Shown here piece after piece: positions 1 through 12,248 of a stretch of DNA of 64,000 nt (positions are counted from its first letter, which is position 1; each line of letters begins with the position of its first letter). Under the pieces are notes generated by a model. The model was not told the DNA's origin, did not search any database, and saw only the letters and a list, made by a program, of their open reading frames with translations. Source of the stretch: Lama glama (taxonomy: Eukaryota); assembly GCA_028534125.1 (NCBI GenBank), contig CM052818.1, positions 10,542,001 through 10,606,000 of the forward strand, read 5' to 3'. The translations under genes were made by a program, and so were the position numbers.

Positions 1-7
1 AGGGGGG

Positions 8-171
8 GGTCACACAGTCTCTGTCACAACCACTCAGCTCTGCCCCTGTGGTGTGAACGCAGCCATGGACAATACAAATGAACAGACAAGGCTGGGTCCC
101 AGTGAAACTCTACTTACCAAAACAGGAAGCAAGCAGGACTTGGCCTGCAGGCCGTAGTTTGCTGACCCCTG
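8..171 (-). mobile_element. MER58A hAT-Charlie non-autonomous DNA transposon (cut by window edge)
   Basis: Contains 'gtctctgtcacaaccactcagctctgcc...gcagccatggacaatac...ttggcctgcaggccgtagtttgctgacccctg', matching the MER58A body and ending in the MER58 terminal inverted repeat. Confidence 0.85.
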
Positions 172-294
172 GTTTATGGAGGCAAAAAGATTCTATTCTT
201 AGGCACTTACCAATCTTGTATTCAGAGATTTAACCTGGAGTAATACAGAGTTTGTTAAGTTAGGAATGAGGAGCTATGGGCTATGACGGCAGTC

Positions 295-408
295 CTGCCA
301 TGGCTTGTGGTACCTTGTTTAACCTCTCAGGCTTTAATTTCCTCATTTTAAAACAAGGGGCTCAGGTTAAGTGACCTTTAAGGTTTCTTGCAGTTGGAAA
401 ATTGTGAG
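295..408 (+). mobile_element. MIR3-like SINE fragment
   Basis: Degenerate CORE 'aacctctcaggctttaatttcctcattttaaaa' followed by a MIR3-type tail 'gacctttaaggtttcttgcagttggaaaattgtga'. Confidence 0.55.
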
Positions 409-1085
409 CTCCTCTTACAAGTATTGGTAGTTCCAAATTTCAGGCTCTAAGGAATATCCTTCCCTTATCTTCATTGTCATGTAGGGTTCTTAATGACACA
501 GGTGACACTTGGAGAGCGGTCTGGGAGAGAGAGTGACACTTTAGCTAGTGCCTGTTTGCTGTTCCGATGTTTTGCTTTCTAAACCTGACCCTAGATCACC
601 TTGGTCTGGAGCCTCATTTACTCCCTCGGTAAATCTCACATTCAAAACATTCTGTTGGCCCCATTTTTCTCTGCCATCGACAGCAGAGTCAGAAACTGTT
701 CTGTCTCCTGCTTTTGTTCTGTTGCTTCTATGAATGAGCTCCTACCTTGTGCAGCTTTTCATTCAAGTGACTCCTATCCCCAGTGGACTGAGACAGAGTC
801 TACACTCATGCTGATTTGTCTTTCCCCAAAGTGTGGTGATGAGCACACGGCAAATGCTCACTACGTCCCTGTTGATTTGAATTCAGGAAAGAAGGTGATG
901 GACCCCTTTCCCCCCATTACTCCACATTCCCCTGAAAGATTGCTGGTGAGAGAACTTGTGGGATAACCTCAAGGTATGAAATAAAATTGATACTAATTAT
1001 AACCATAGCTGTGATGTGTTGAGCACTCTAGTGGATGGTGTTGGTACTCTGCCCAAATAACCTTGAATCCTTTTTACCATTTTTG

Positions 1086-1507
1086 TGTACCCCCAGCCAC
1101 TTTGCTTCCCACAGTCAGCAACAGCATCTCTTCTTCTGGAGGACTGTCTTCAGATTATAAGAGTCTACTTTGCTCATGGTTGGGAGAACTAAAAAGTACC
1201 TGGGAATTTAGACCCCTCTCAGGGAGGCCTTCACCAATGACTAATAGGCCCAGGAGTATGGATGCCCAGTTTCTTGCCTTCTGGTGACTCTGAGGCACAA
1301 CTTACAATCTAGAGTTCCCGTGGGGATCAGACCGAAGTGACCTGCCGTGAGACTTTACCTGAAATCAAGTCTTTTTCTGGCCATCTCCCCTTTCTTGTCC
1401 TGCTTCTCCTATTCCCTTCCAGATTTGCCCTGGGAAAAATTTCTTAGTAAATCACAAACACACATGAATCCTCAATTGAGGGTCTGATTCTAGGGGAGCC
1501 CCTAAAA
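1086..1507 (+). mobile_element. ERVL solo LTR, LTR16 family
   Basis: Motifs 'ccaatgactaat...cccagtttcttgcc...actctgaggc' and 3' end 'aatcctcaattgagggtctgattctaggggagccc' resemble LTR16. It lies between two apparent MIR pieces. Confidence 0.7.
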
Positions 1508-1574
1508 AATAATCTACTATGTTGCAACCACTATATTAAGCACTTGGCACAATTTTCCACTCATCGCCGACCCA

Positions 1575-1700
1575 CTCCTGCTTGGTACAACCCATTTTGC
1601 AGATGAAGAAACTGAGGCCCAGAGAGAGAAATGACTTTCCTAGTTTCACTTAGCTAGGAAGTGGCATGTCCAGAATTCTGGCTTTGTCTATGGAATCTAC
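1575..1700 (-). mobile_element. MIR SINE
   Basis: Antisense CORE 'cccattttgcagatgaagaaactgaggcccagagag'. Confidence 0.8.
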
Positions 1701-3417
1701 ATACACTCCTTCTTCTCTGTGAGGTTTGTTCTAAGTAAAGTGAATCATTCTTTGAGGGAAGTTATCACAAAGGTGCCAGAGACTCTGCCATTTTGCCTCA
1801 GAGGGGCCTCTGCCTTAGAAAGAGCTCTTTCTTGCATGTCAGGACATGAGGGGTCTTACTTCCTTCTGGGAGAACTGGAAAACTTGGGCAACTGGACAGA
1901 ATGCTTTGTTTTTCTTCTTATTTTTTAACAAAACATCAGAATAAGTAAAATGGCAGCTGCCAGAAATATTGTCCTTGTCTCTCTCCAAGTGCCAGTAAAA
2001 AAATATGATTCTATCCTCTGCTGGAATGGGCTTTCCTGGGATTGGAGTAGTTATGGTCCTAATCCACGAACTATTCATCACAATGGCACTGGCAAATGTT
2101 TGCTTGCAATAACTTCCCCCTAGTGAATCTCTTGCATTTCCACAGCTAATGGTTAAACAGGACTTGGACCGATATTTGCATCTCTCCAGCCTCTGGCAAT
2201 CTGATTATTAGTGCAATAAATATACGACGTTTAATAACTCTTCACTTTTCCACTTTGAAACCATTAGTTGTCTCCAGGTTGACTACGAAGAACTTCAAAT
2301 TCAATTCATTAACATTTCCTTAAATAGTCCTCTTAACATTGCAGGTCTGCCTTTTCCATTATGTACTGTCACTAATAATGGTTTTTACTTCTAACCTATT
2401 ATTAATTAAAAAATAAAAAAGAGCCCTCCACTCTCTCCATTTCTGAATAAGGTTTAGATCCTCTCTGCGTGATCTGCAAAGAGGCCTTTAGAGAGTGGCT
2501 TGTAGTGTCTGATAATTGCTATCGAGGTAAATAATTTAGCTGGTCAGACAGAGTGCACTTCTCCCTGCCTCGAGTGGACAGCTCGAGTCTTGGCCAGTCG
2601 GGCAAACGAAACCCAAAGCAGAGAGAATCAGAGCCGCATGAAACTCACGTTAGGAGCCCACAGGAAAAGGCAGCCTTTCCTAGGGGATGCTGCAGTGACC
2701 CCTGAAGCTTGCCATGACCTGGGCACCGCTAACCTTCCCCCATCTGCAGCCAGACAGGGACGTCCAGACCCCCCGGAGCCCCCGCAGCCAGAGGCATCTT
2801 TCCCCAGAGGCTTTCAGGATTTCGCCATGAAGGACAAATGAACAGGCACAGATCCTCTGGATGCCCTAATCTTTTCTTTTCCTACTTCAAAGCCTTCTGC
2901 GTTGCCTCTGAGCCTGTAATTACCCTGGAGGTATTTTAGATTTGAAGCGACACCAGCAAAATTGCACTTCCTGATCATGGGAGTCCACAGTTGTGTTTAA
3001 TCAATTATGAAGCTGGTCACGAGATGGAGTTTTTCAGCCATAACCATTAAAGGGGAATCGTGATCTAGGCCCAGCTCCTTGTGCTCAGGGTAAGGGACCC
3101 GCAATCTGAAATTAAAGACACACTAGCCACTTGATGTGGTTTAATTTAGTCTCTGCCTCCTTAATTAAAAGCATACCATTACCCACCCACATAACAAACT
3201 GACACTTTTATGCCAGACTGTAACTCAAAGAAAAAAACCTGTTAAAGTTAGGTGGAGCTAAAACACTGATTTTAAGACACCAACAGAGGCTCCACAGCAC
3301 CACAATAGAATCTAAATTTATTTAAACTGAAAGCTTTAAACAAGCTTTGAGGCTGTTTGATAGTCAGTTCTCTTGTCTCTTCCTGCACCCCACCCCCACC
3401 CCTTTTGGCTTCATTTC

Positions 3418-3650
3418 TAGCTGTCTGTCTGGCTGGCTGTCTATCTGTCTTGCCTGTCTGGAGCGCTCTTTCTCTCTGTCTCTCTGTCTGTGTCTGTCTC
3501 TTGCCTCTCTCTCTCTCTCTGACTCTTCCTCTTTCTCTTCCTCTGTCTCTCTGTCTCTTTGTGACTGTCTCTCCCTCTCTCTCTGTCTCTGTGTCCATCT
3601 GTCCATCTCTCTCTCTGTCTCTCTCTGTCTCTGTCTATGTCTCCCTCTCT
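3418..3650. repeat. CT/TCTG low-complexity microsatellite tract
   Basis: About 230 bp of degenerate (TC)n/(TCTG)n. It explains the overlapping Ser/Leu/Cys and Arg/Glu ORFs at 3272-3913. Confidence 0.95.
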
Positions 3651-4218
3651 GCTGCACAGTCCCGTGCACATATGTATCCCAATCAGAAACACACCTTTGG
3701 TTATGTGCCATCCGTGGTCCAGAAAGGGAAGAAGCAGTTCCTTTCTTGGATGTTCTTTTTGGAGACTTGTGTGTCTGTGTGGCCAGGCTGGGGAGTTCCA
3801 GGGGAAAGAAATTCAGACCAACCTTCAAGGCCTCGCATCCTCCCATAATCCCAGCCCTGCAGCCAGGAGCCTGGAGAGTCCTGGCCTGGAGAAGCCGGCT
3901 GTTGTGGGCCTAGGACCACAGAGGCTCTATCGTGTGTCTGTGATGAATCCCCGCTTGCCGGTCCTGCCGAGAGCTGTCTACATGCTTTCAGAGACTTAAG
4001 CTGATGGCAAGGGAGCCAACTCCAGACACTCAGATGGGCCGGGCCGGGCTGTTCCCTGCTCAGATCCCTTGCCAAATGCCATGTTGTGGTGCTTGAACCC
4101 CAAAGCTTGAGGTAGCTGGACCACCTTCCCTGGCCAGCATCCTTGCCTCTCTTTTCTTTTGGCCCTTGGCTCGCCCTACCTACCTCATTCCTGGGTGGCA
4201 TATTGTTTCCCTACTTTG

Positions 4219-4420
4219 AGAGACTGCATAGTGTAGTGGTTCAGAACATGAATGGTCATACTATTGTAAGATTCTTGCTCTGCAACTCCCCAGCTAAGTG
4301 ATTGCATCTCAGTTTCCACATCTGAAAAATGAGGATGGGAAGAGTAATGATTTCAGGTGTTTTTCTGAGGATCCAAGGAGTTAATTCAGGTTAAGTACTT
4401 AGTATAGCATATGACAAGCC
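4219..4420 (+). mobile_element. MIR SINE
   Basis: Head 'gcatagtgtagtggttcagaaca' and CORE 'catctcagtttccacatctgaaaaatgaggat'. Confidence 0.75.
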
Positions 4421-4489
4421 GGATATGTTATTAACTTTTAAAATTTGATGCCACTTTCCATTTCCCTGTCTTTGAATGAATCACGAAAG

Positions 4490-4660
4490 GCCAGAATACA
4501 AAATTTAGGAGTTCAGAGGTAGAAGGTCTTCGTGCTCAACCAGCCAGACCCCCTCAGTTTTTAAATGAAGAAACTGAGGCCTGGTAAGAGAAAGTAACCA
4601 GCATATTAAGCAGATTGAGTGGTGGAGTGGATTCTACTTAATCCCGTGCTCTTTCAAAAA
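4490..4660 (-). mobile_element. MIR/MIR3 SINE
   Basis: 'cccctcagtttttaaatgaagaaactgaggcc' antisense CORE. Confidence 0.6.
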
Positions 4661-6769
4661 CACTCTTTGCAAATATTTCTCCTCCTTGCTGATGAGAGCT
4701 CTCTGGGATTTGGGACTGCTAGACAGAGCAGCAGTTCTGAGTGCAGGGTTTGATACTAAAGCCTTGCTGACCAGGCTCAGATTCATCTAGCAGTCAGTCA
4801 GTGGGTTCCTTGGAAGGGCTTGAAGGATGCTTCAGAGGCCCTAAACGGCTGCCCTGGTGCTGCCAGCCATTCCATTCCTTTCCAGTCCTGGTGCAGAAAT
4901 TGCTCCGTCACTTTAGGTCTTAATTTCCTCTTTCAAACAGTGAGAGGGAGATTTCTATGTCTCTTCTAACTCTGCAATTGTATGGCTGTATTAATAAAAT
5001 ACAGCAGACCTTGAGGATATATGTGTGTGTTGAATGATACGTTACTGCTTTGTGATGTCTCCTATAAGGTCTATAATTCAATATTACTTATGAAGTAATG
5101 GGGATGACGTCTGGGTAAGTCTTGGCATTCCGTTCATTAATCTCACTTAGAAATGAGTCCTTATTTATAGCAGTTGTTCGCATCAAGTTGTATGCATATC
5201 ATGTCTCATTTACTCTAAAAAGGACAGTCTATAAAGTGGGTGTTTCTGAACCCGAACTCCAGATTCTAATGGGGTCCCACTCTCATGTCCTTCACACATC
5301 TGGAAAATGTATTCTCATGTTCTCTGTAACTAAGACCATCACTTCTTGGCTACATGAAGCAGATCAGTAGTTTTAAATCAATTTTAGGTGAGAGATCTCT
5401 CTAAAACTGAATACAAGCAATGACTCTTTTCTCCTAAAATGCACATACATACAACATATGGCAAACGATATTGGGGGCTCCTTGGACCCTCGAAAAGGCC
5501 TTAAATACCAGATCAAGAACCTCTGTTGTGTAGTAACAAATATGTTGATGAAGAAAGGAAACAACCAGATATTTACTTAGAGGTAGTTTGAAAAAACAAA
5601 GGTACTTAAAATCAAGTACTAATTACAATTTTCAGAGCCTAAGAAGTCAGAAGGTAGCTAAGTCTCCTGCACCCCCAAAACAGACCTTTCTGAGTCACTG
5701 CTGACACCAATGTACAGGAACCCCCTGTTGAGTCTCTACTGGATATTCTGGGATGTCCTGCCGCCTTCAGGCTCCTCTCTATTCGGGGGACCATCTCATT
5801 TCTTAGGCACATGTAGTAGATCAGTGGGGAGATCCAGGTGGCTGTTGGGAGGTCACACAAACCTAGCACCCACTCATTTTCCTAGGATGGAGGATCTTTG
5901 TGCAGGTGGAGATCACCACTTGTCACAGGGCCCCATGGGGAATGCTGCAGATTTGCCTCCAGAGACACTTCTCTGTTCTCCATACCCCGTCACTTGAGAA
6001 CTTCCAGAGGAGTGCCAGAATAAGAGGGAGAGTTGGAGAGACACATTGCTCTGTAGCTTTGGAGTTTTTTCTCCATCCTTTGCTTTCGAATTTTTGGTTG
6101 TCGACCATTGGCTACTACCATATGGCTCTCTGTTGTTTTCATCCACGTCTCCTCTCCAGCTCCCCACACAATGTTGGGACTGTTTGTGAGGTTCCTTTCC
6201 ATCAGTCTGCCCAGCAGCATATGACATCTTGGGGATTTGCATTTTTTAGTTTAATCATTAGCTTAATGTTTGTGGGACATTAGTCATAGGAAGTTAGTCT
6301 CATTCATCCAGATGCGTTTTTGAAAGTTACAGCTCTTCTCTCTTGACGATAATGCCCCCCTTGAGCATGCCTTCCCCCATTTCCTTTTAAAAACACTCTG
6401 TTCTTCTGGAACTCTCAAATGAAGATATCAGAGCTGAAAGGTTTTATTAATTCAGAAACTACATTTGAGTCTTCCAGAGGAGCTAAACCTGGCTGGGGCT
6501 GGGGAGGAACTGTGCTGGTGTATGGTCAGGAAATGACTTAAACCTGATCTTCAAGGGCCTGAAATTGCTTCCTTGGATTTAAAAAAAAAAAAAAAGGGAG
6601 GCATTTCTCTTGCCTACAACCCTCTGGGGAGACCTGAGTCCAGTGTTTGCATCTCTTTCATTGCTAATGAATGAATGAGTTTTCTCCCCAGGCTTCTGGC
6701 CAACAGAACTGGGAACCATTCTTGCTTGGAAGCTGGGCTGCTTTTTGAGTTCTTGGGCTTTGTAAGTTG

Positions 6770-7115
6770 CTAGACAGATGGTTCTGGAGGGGAAGGTGGG
6801 GCTTGACATGGACTTTGAAAGTGTTGACTTTAGATAGAAGGGAGGAAGATTTTTCTAAGTGAGCAAGTGACACAAGCAGAAGTGTGGAAGCAGGTATAAT
6901 GATAAATATTCTGGGCCCCACAAGTGCATTCATCTGACTGTAAGCAGGAAATCAAAGTTACCGAGCCTGGCATGAATAGGGCAGAGTGGGGCATGGGTAG
7001 ACAGCTTTACCATGTTCTTTAGAGTTCAGTTTTATTCTGTGGGTAGCCTAGAGCCATTGAAAGCATGTGAGTTTAAGAATTTCAGAATCAAAGAGTGCTA
7101 GGATTGTGAATTAGG
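6770..7115 (-). mobile_element. L2 LINE fragment
   Basis: Antisense L2 motifs 'ggggaaggtggggcttgacatggactttgaa' and 'gagttcagttttattctgtgggtagcctagagccattgaaag'. Confidence 0.55.
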
Positions 7116-7584
7116 TAGTGATACTTTCATCACTGGCCTCATGGGAGTGCCTTTTTGGAGGTTTCTTTCTCAAAGGCTAATGATAATGATATTTTTCTTG
7201 ATAATGAAATTGTCATGCTCTTAGAGTTGCCCTTCTTTATATGTCTAAGGACACCCTTTCCATTTTAAATATGGTTTAAGAAATCTTCCTGTAACCCTCC
7301 CCTCTTCCCCCAAGTTGCGCTGTGGGGCTTCTCTTGTCCCAAGCACAAATCCTTGACAGCATTGACCTTGGAAGACATTAATCCATATAAGTGCCCTGGG
7401 CATGGTCCAGAGAAGCCATCATCTGCATCCTACATCCCTTTCTGTGCCACAGCCTCAGTGCCCTCATGACTCCCACATGCCTTATATTTTCCTCTGTCTC
7501 TCCCTGCGTTACTCTTACTCTGACTATTTTCTGCTCACCGCCTCCTCCAACAGGAAAAATAGTCTTTGTTTATTCAAGGAACTG

Positions 7585-8150
7585 AAAAAATAACATTCTC
7601 CTTATAGCTCACCTGCTCACGATCCCCACTACAGCCCTTTTGGATCTCAATATGACCCTAATCCATTGATTCCTCTACTTTCTCTGTCACTTCCACATGC
7701 CATGTATCTAGCTTATTATATTCACAGTCTTATAAATATTCTTACCCCCTTTCCTTATTTCCCACCTCACAAGAAAACACATAGTCATGATGAGCTCAAC
7801 AACCTATTATCTTTGTGCTTATAATTAAACAGCAAAGCATTTCTGAGGAGAGAGAAAGAGAGAGAGAGAGAAAGCAAAAAGGAAAGAAAGGAAGAAAAGA
7901 GGGAAAGAGGGAAAGGGAGAGGAAGAGGAGAAGGAGAAAGGTGGGTGGAGGGAGGTTGTCACATGACCAAAGCCAAGCAAGGCGTCTCCATTATAAACTG
8001 ACCTTCGCAACTCTCAGCTGGGCTTTCAACGCTGCCCAGCATCTTCCCTGCACATCTCTGGTGGGCTTGCTTTCCTGCACTCCACAGACCAGTGCATCCT
8101 CTCCTCTTCTCTTCTGTCATCTCTGTCCCCCACCTCAGTGGTCTACCAGG
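7585..8150 (+). mobile_element. L2 LINE, ORF2 segment (piece 1 of an interrupted copy)
   Basis: ORF 7815-8165 contains HYKLTFATLSWAFNAAQ, which resembles the L2 ORF2 segment upstream of the RT domain (recalled as HYKF...LKWALNAARQ). 'aatccattgattcctctactttctc' is L2-like. Confidence 0.65.
7845..7953. repeat. Polypurine (GA-rich) low-complexity tract
   Basis: About 110 bp almost entirely A/G, inside the L2 copy. Confidence 0.9.
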
Positions 8151-8194
8151 CCTCATGATACATAAATAAGTGCTTTTTCTCTAACTTTACCTAA

Positions 8195-8888
8195 ACATAA
8201 TTTTATTTATTTTGGTCTAAGCTGTGCATTCAAATTTTCCAAAATTCAGAAGATCCAAAAGTCACCATTCTATCCCAAGTCCTCATACCCTGGTTTTCTC
8301 TCCTGTGGGCAGCAATGTTCTCAATGTATATGCTCCAGCGACAATTTATGCATATATATGCAATTTATGCACATATGTAAAAGCAAATATATGTGTATAT
8401 TCTCAACTTTTTCTCTCTTACATATATGGTAGCACTTTGCTTTTCTTTAAACTTAACATATGTCAGAAATAAATCCATATAGGTGTACAAAGAGTGTTCT
8501 CATTCTTTTTATAACATTATAGTACTCCGTTGTATAGATTACTTTAATATTTAACCAGTCTACTATTGACGGCTTATTAGGTTATTTCCAATAGTTTGTT
8601 ATTATAAGTTATGCTACAGTGAACACATTTATCTTGCATATGTGTTGGTATATTTATATGATAAGTTCCTAGAAATATTATGGGTAGGTCAAAGGGTATT
8701 TCATTTTCAGTTTTAATAAATATCGTTGGATTACTCTCCACGGAGATTGCTACAGTTTGAACTCTCTCCAGCAGTGTATAAGATGCCAGTATCTTCTGGC
8801 TCACCCTGCAGCATGCTACTCATCTCTTTTCTCTCTGCCAATCTGATAAATGGGAAGAGTTTCTCATTGTGGTTATATTGTGCATTTC
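8195..8888 (-). mobile_element. Old L1 (L1ME-type) ORF2 C-terminus and 3' UTR
   Basis: Antisense L1 motifs 'ttaaccagtctactattgacgg', 'ggttatttccaat', 'ggtcaaagggta', 'ccagcagtgtataaga'. ORF 8577-8804 (EIPFDLPIIFLGTY) resembles L1 ORF2 'LPYDPAIPLLGIY'. Confidence 0.8.
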
Positions 8889-10198
8889 CACAGTGAAAAT
8901 TGAAGGCGCTGGAGAAACATCTCTAATTTTATCTCCACCATAACCATAAATATATCTTGATTCCACTCTTGTCCCTTCTAACTCCCATCTATGGCATTGA
9001 AAAATGGGTACTCTCCTCAAATACTGGTCCTTCCACATATGTTCTAGATCGCATCCCTTTTTTATTCTCAGGCAGTGGTTTTCATTGGTGAACCTTTCTT
9101 TCTGCTGCATCTTCAACTTTTCCTCCTTCCAGATTCTTTCCATTGGCTTTCAAACAAGAATCAGTTGCTCCCACTCTTAAAATGTTTTCCCTTGACCCCA
9201 GCACCTCCCTCTAGTGACTACCCTAGCTCTCCTCACAGCTGAGCCACACAAAAGAAGTTTGTACAAATGCTTCCTCCTCTGCTTCCTCACCTCACAACTG
9301 TTCTTCAGTATATACACATTTTTCTTTAACGCTCTTGACTGTTCTTGCTGAAGTCACCAATGAACTCCATGTTGTTGACTATTCAGTTTTCATTTTTCTT
9401 GATCCCTTCTTAGTAGCATTTGTCAAAGTTGACTTCTTTGTTTTGAAATACTTTCTTCCCTTGGTGTTCATGACCCCATACTCCCTGCACTGCTTACCAT
9501 TCCTCTTGGCCTCCTTTGCTTGTCTTCCTACCTTACATGGTCCTAGTTGTCTTCCACAAGACCCAAATATCCATTTCTTCTTACTTTTTATTTTCTCCCA
9601 AAGAGAATACATTTTATTCTCAGTGATTTAAACACTGATAGCTCCCAAATATTTATTTCTACCTGCAACTTCTCTTTTCAGTTCTAAGCCTGTATGTCCA
9701 GCTATCTACTTTACATTCTCAGTTGAATAACTCACTTGCATTTTAAGTTTAAGATGTCTGGAACTGAAATCCCTCTCCTCTCCCACACCTAAACATTCCT
9801 CTTCTCTAGGATGTCCCATCTCTGTAAGAGACACCTCCAGCCATATGGTTGTACCTGCCACCGATTTAGGCATTATCCTGGAAAACTCCCACAGCTCCAG
9901 TCCCAAATCAGGTGTATAAAATCTATGTTCTTTTTATCTTTAACATGTATCTTGATTCTACCAGGTTTCCCTGTTTCTAATGATTCTGTCTTTACCAAAG
10001 CCACAACATCTCTTTCCTGGACCACCATGGTAGCTTCTGACTAATGTCTCTGTGTCCACTCTTCCCTACTATATAATCTATTCTCATGAAGCAGCCAAAG
10101 TTTCTAAGCATGCAAACTAGGTAATCTTACTTCCCTCCTTGAAACCTTTTATAGGCTTTGCATCAAACTGACAATAAAATGCAAACTCTCCATCATGG
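8889..10198 (+). mobile_element. L2 LINE, RT region (piece 2)
   Basis: ORF 9335-9631 reads TVLAEVTNELHVV..SVFIFLDPFLVAFVKVD, a decayed form of the L2 RT motif TALxKVTNDL...SVLILLDLSAAFDTVD. Downstream L2 3' motifs follow. Confidence 0.85.
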
Positions 10199-10702
10199 TG
10201 CGGCTGACGCTACTAGTGGCCTTCCTGAAACCCATGCCCCTCCCCTGCCTTCCTGATCAACAGGATCTGCCTGGTTACAAGATTACATTTCCCTCCCTCC
10301 CCTGCAAGCAGATGTGGTCATCTGTATCTGGCCGAAGATATATGAGTGGAAATGTTGCCTGGGAGCTCTGAGATGGATCCTTTGAGGAAACCAACTTAGG
10401 GCACCCCTTTGGCCTGCCCTCCATACCTCCTTCCTATTACCTGGTGCAAATGTGGTAGCTGGATCTCTGCAAGCCTTCTTGGACCATGATGGGACCTGTC
10501 AGATGGAAGCCACATGCTGGATGACACTGTAGAAAGACAGAAGGAATCCTAGTCCTGAGGGCCATGAAGCTGTGGTACCAGCCCTGGACTGCTCACCTCT
10601 GGATTTCTTTGATGTGTGAGAGAAATAAACTTCTGTTTTCTTTGTGCCACTGTTATTTTGCGTGTTGGTTACATGCAGCTGAACTTAATGTTAACTGATA
10701 CA
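10199..10702 (+). mobile_element. ERVL-MaLR solo LTR, MLT1J/MLT1I-like
   Basis: TG...CA termini. Internal 'ccagccctggactgctcacctctggatttct' and 3' 'gagagaaataaacttctg...gccactgttattttg...gcagctgaacttaatgttaactgataca'. Flanked by CATGG and TGTGG. Confidence 0.85.
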
Positions 10703-11180
10703 TGTGGCTCATAAGGCCCCATGTGATGATCTGGCCCCCGCTCTCCTCTCTGACCTTGTCTTGCGTGCCTGTCCCCCTGGATCACTGTCTACTCCCCGCA
10801 CTGGTCTACTGTCAGTTTCTTGAACCCCTTCCCACCTCGGGGCCTTCCTGCCTGTCGTTCCCTGCCTGGAATGCTCTTCTCCTTCTTTGCCTGGCTGATT
10901 CCTGTCATCTTGCAGGCCCGAGTTTAAATGTCATTTACTTGGAGAGGACTTCTCTGATTCTCTGATCTAAATTTTACCTCCTGTATCTCCCACACTACTC
11001 TGATTTTTTTCCCTTCACAATACTGATTACACTTTGAAATGACATATTTATTTGTGAGATTTTTTTTTTTTATGTCTGTCTCTCCACCGTGGTGAAAATC
11101 ATGTCTGTTTGCTCAGCACTTATACCCTAGAACCTAATTCTAGGCCAGGCATATGCTCAGTAGTAATCAAATGAGTGGAA
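10703..11180 (+). mobile_element. L2 LINE 3' end (piece 3)
   Basis: Resumes the L2 sequence 'aaggcccc...gatctggcccc' and continues 'ctgcctggaatgctctt', 'aaatgtcatttacttggagagg'. Confidence 0.8.
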
Positions 11181-11189
11181 GAAAATATA

Positions 11190-11430
11190 AAGAATGGTTT
11201 AGAGAGTGGGGTCAGGAATCTAAGAGTCTGGGTTTTAATCCCAACTCTTACTAGCTGTGTGACTTAACCAAGTTACTTAACCTTTCAAAGCCTCATTTTA
11301 CTGATCTTTAAATGAGGCTAATAGCAGAACATCCCTGAGGGGATTGTGGTGAAGATTAAGTGACCAAATAAAACTAAAGAATACGACATACTGCCCTTCA
11401 CAGAGGAAATACTCAGTATGCACAGCTATT
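11190..11430 (+). mobile_element. MIR SINE
   Basis: 'ctgggttttaatcccaactcttactagctgtgtgacttaaccaagttacttaacct'. Confidence 0.85.
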
Positions 11431-12142
11431 ATTAATGAATAAACGAAGAAATCAATGAAAACACGCAAGGTCGTTTTGGCAGCATGTTATCTGACCCAGG
11501 AAGGGGACGAGTGCTTCCACAGTGGCCTTCATTTGCTGAGGTCACACTGCCTTCAGCCAGAGGATCGTGGGAATGTTGCTTGTCACGGGCACTTTGAACG
11601 TCCACCGAGATCCTTTTGTAGGGGCAGCTCAATGCCGCTGCTCTGCAGGCCACCCTTGGCCTCTGATAGTTATTCCTCTAGTTTCTACAGCACACTGACG
11701 CGCTCTCCTGGTCCCCACCACAAGGTGCCGGAGCTGTTGCTCTCCAAGCCGGTGCCTCATCTCTCCCTGGGATGCCAGGCTTCTCTGTGCCGGGCCATGT
11801 TTTATGTGCCTGCTCTTCCAGACTCCTCCCCTGACCAATGAGCCAAATCCTTCAAAAAGTGAGATTTCAATCTTTATTATCAAACCAGGGTGAGAACCAG
11901 AACACCAAGAAGTGAAGAATGTGGGAAGGGAGGGGGTGGCTGGCTTCCTGTGTGTGAACCACTCCTTACCAATTACTTCAAACCCTTGCAAGATCTGGAG
12001 AAACCACCTCAGAGTTTGTTTTGGTTCTATTAGGGAAACTCCAAAGCCACGGTTTTGGAAAGGCTTCAAACATTCCCCAGACGAGCCGTCTTTCCATTTA
12101 TAAGATACTCCAAAGTCCTGTATTTAGTAAGAGTGGAGTAGG

Positions 12143-12186
12143 ACACACACACGCACACACTCATGCACTCTCTCTCTCTCTCTCAC
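12143..12186. repeat. Compound (CA)n/(CT)n microsatellite
   Basis: Direct reading. Confidence 0.85.
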
Positions 12187-12248
12187 TCATGTAACAACCC
12201 ACTCTGGATTCGCTGTAATCCTGGCTTGAACATTCAAAAGAATACTTG

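Noticed and set aside
3272..3913. Cluster of long overlapping ORFs (up to 188 aa) on both strands
   Set aside because: They run through the CT microsatellite, which lacks stop codons. The products are low-complexity Ser/Leu/Cys or Arg/Glu.
7815..9631. ORFs with LINE-like peptides (7815-8165, 8577-8804, 9335-9631) as genes
   Set aside because: They are decayed L2 and L1 ORF2 remnants with frameshifts, not domesticated intact reading frames.
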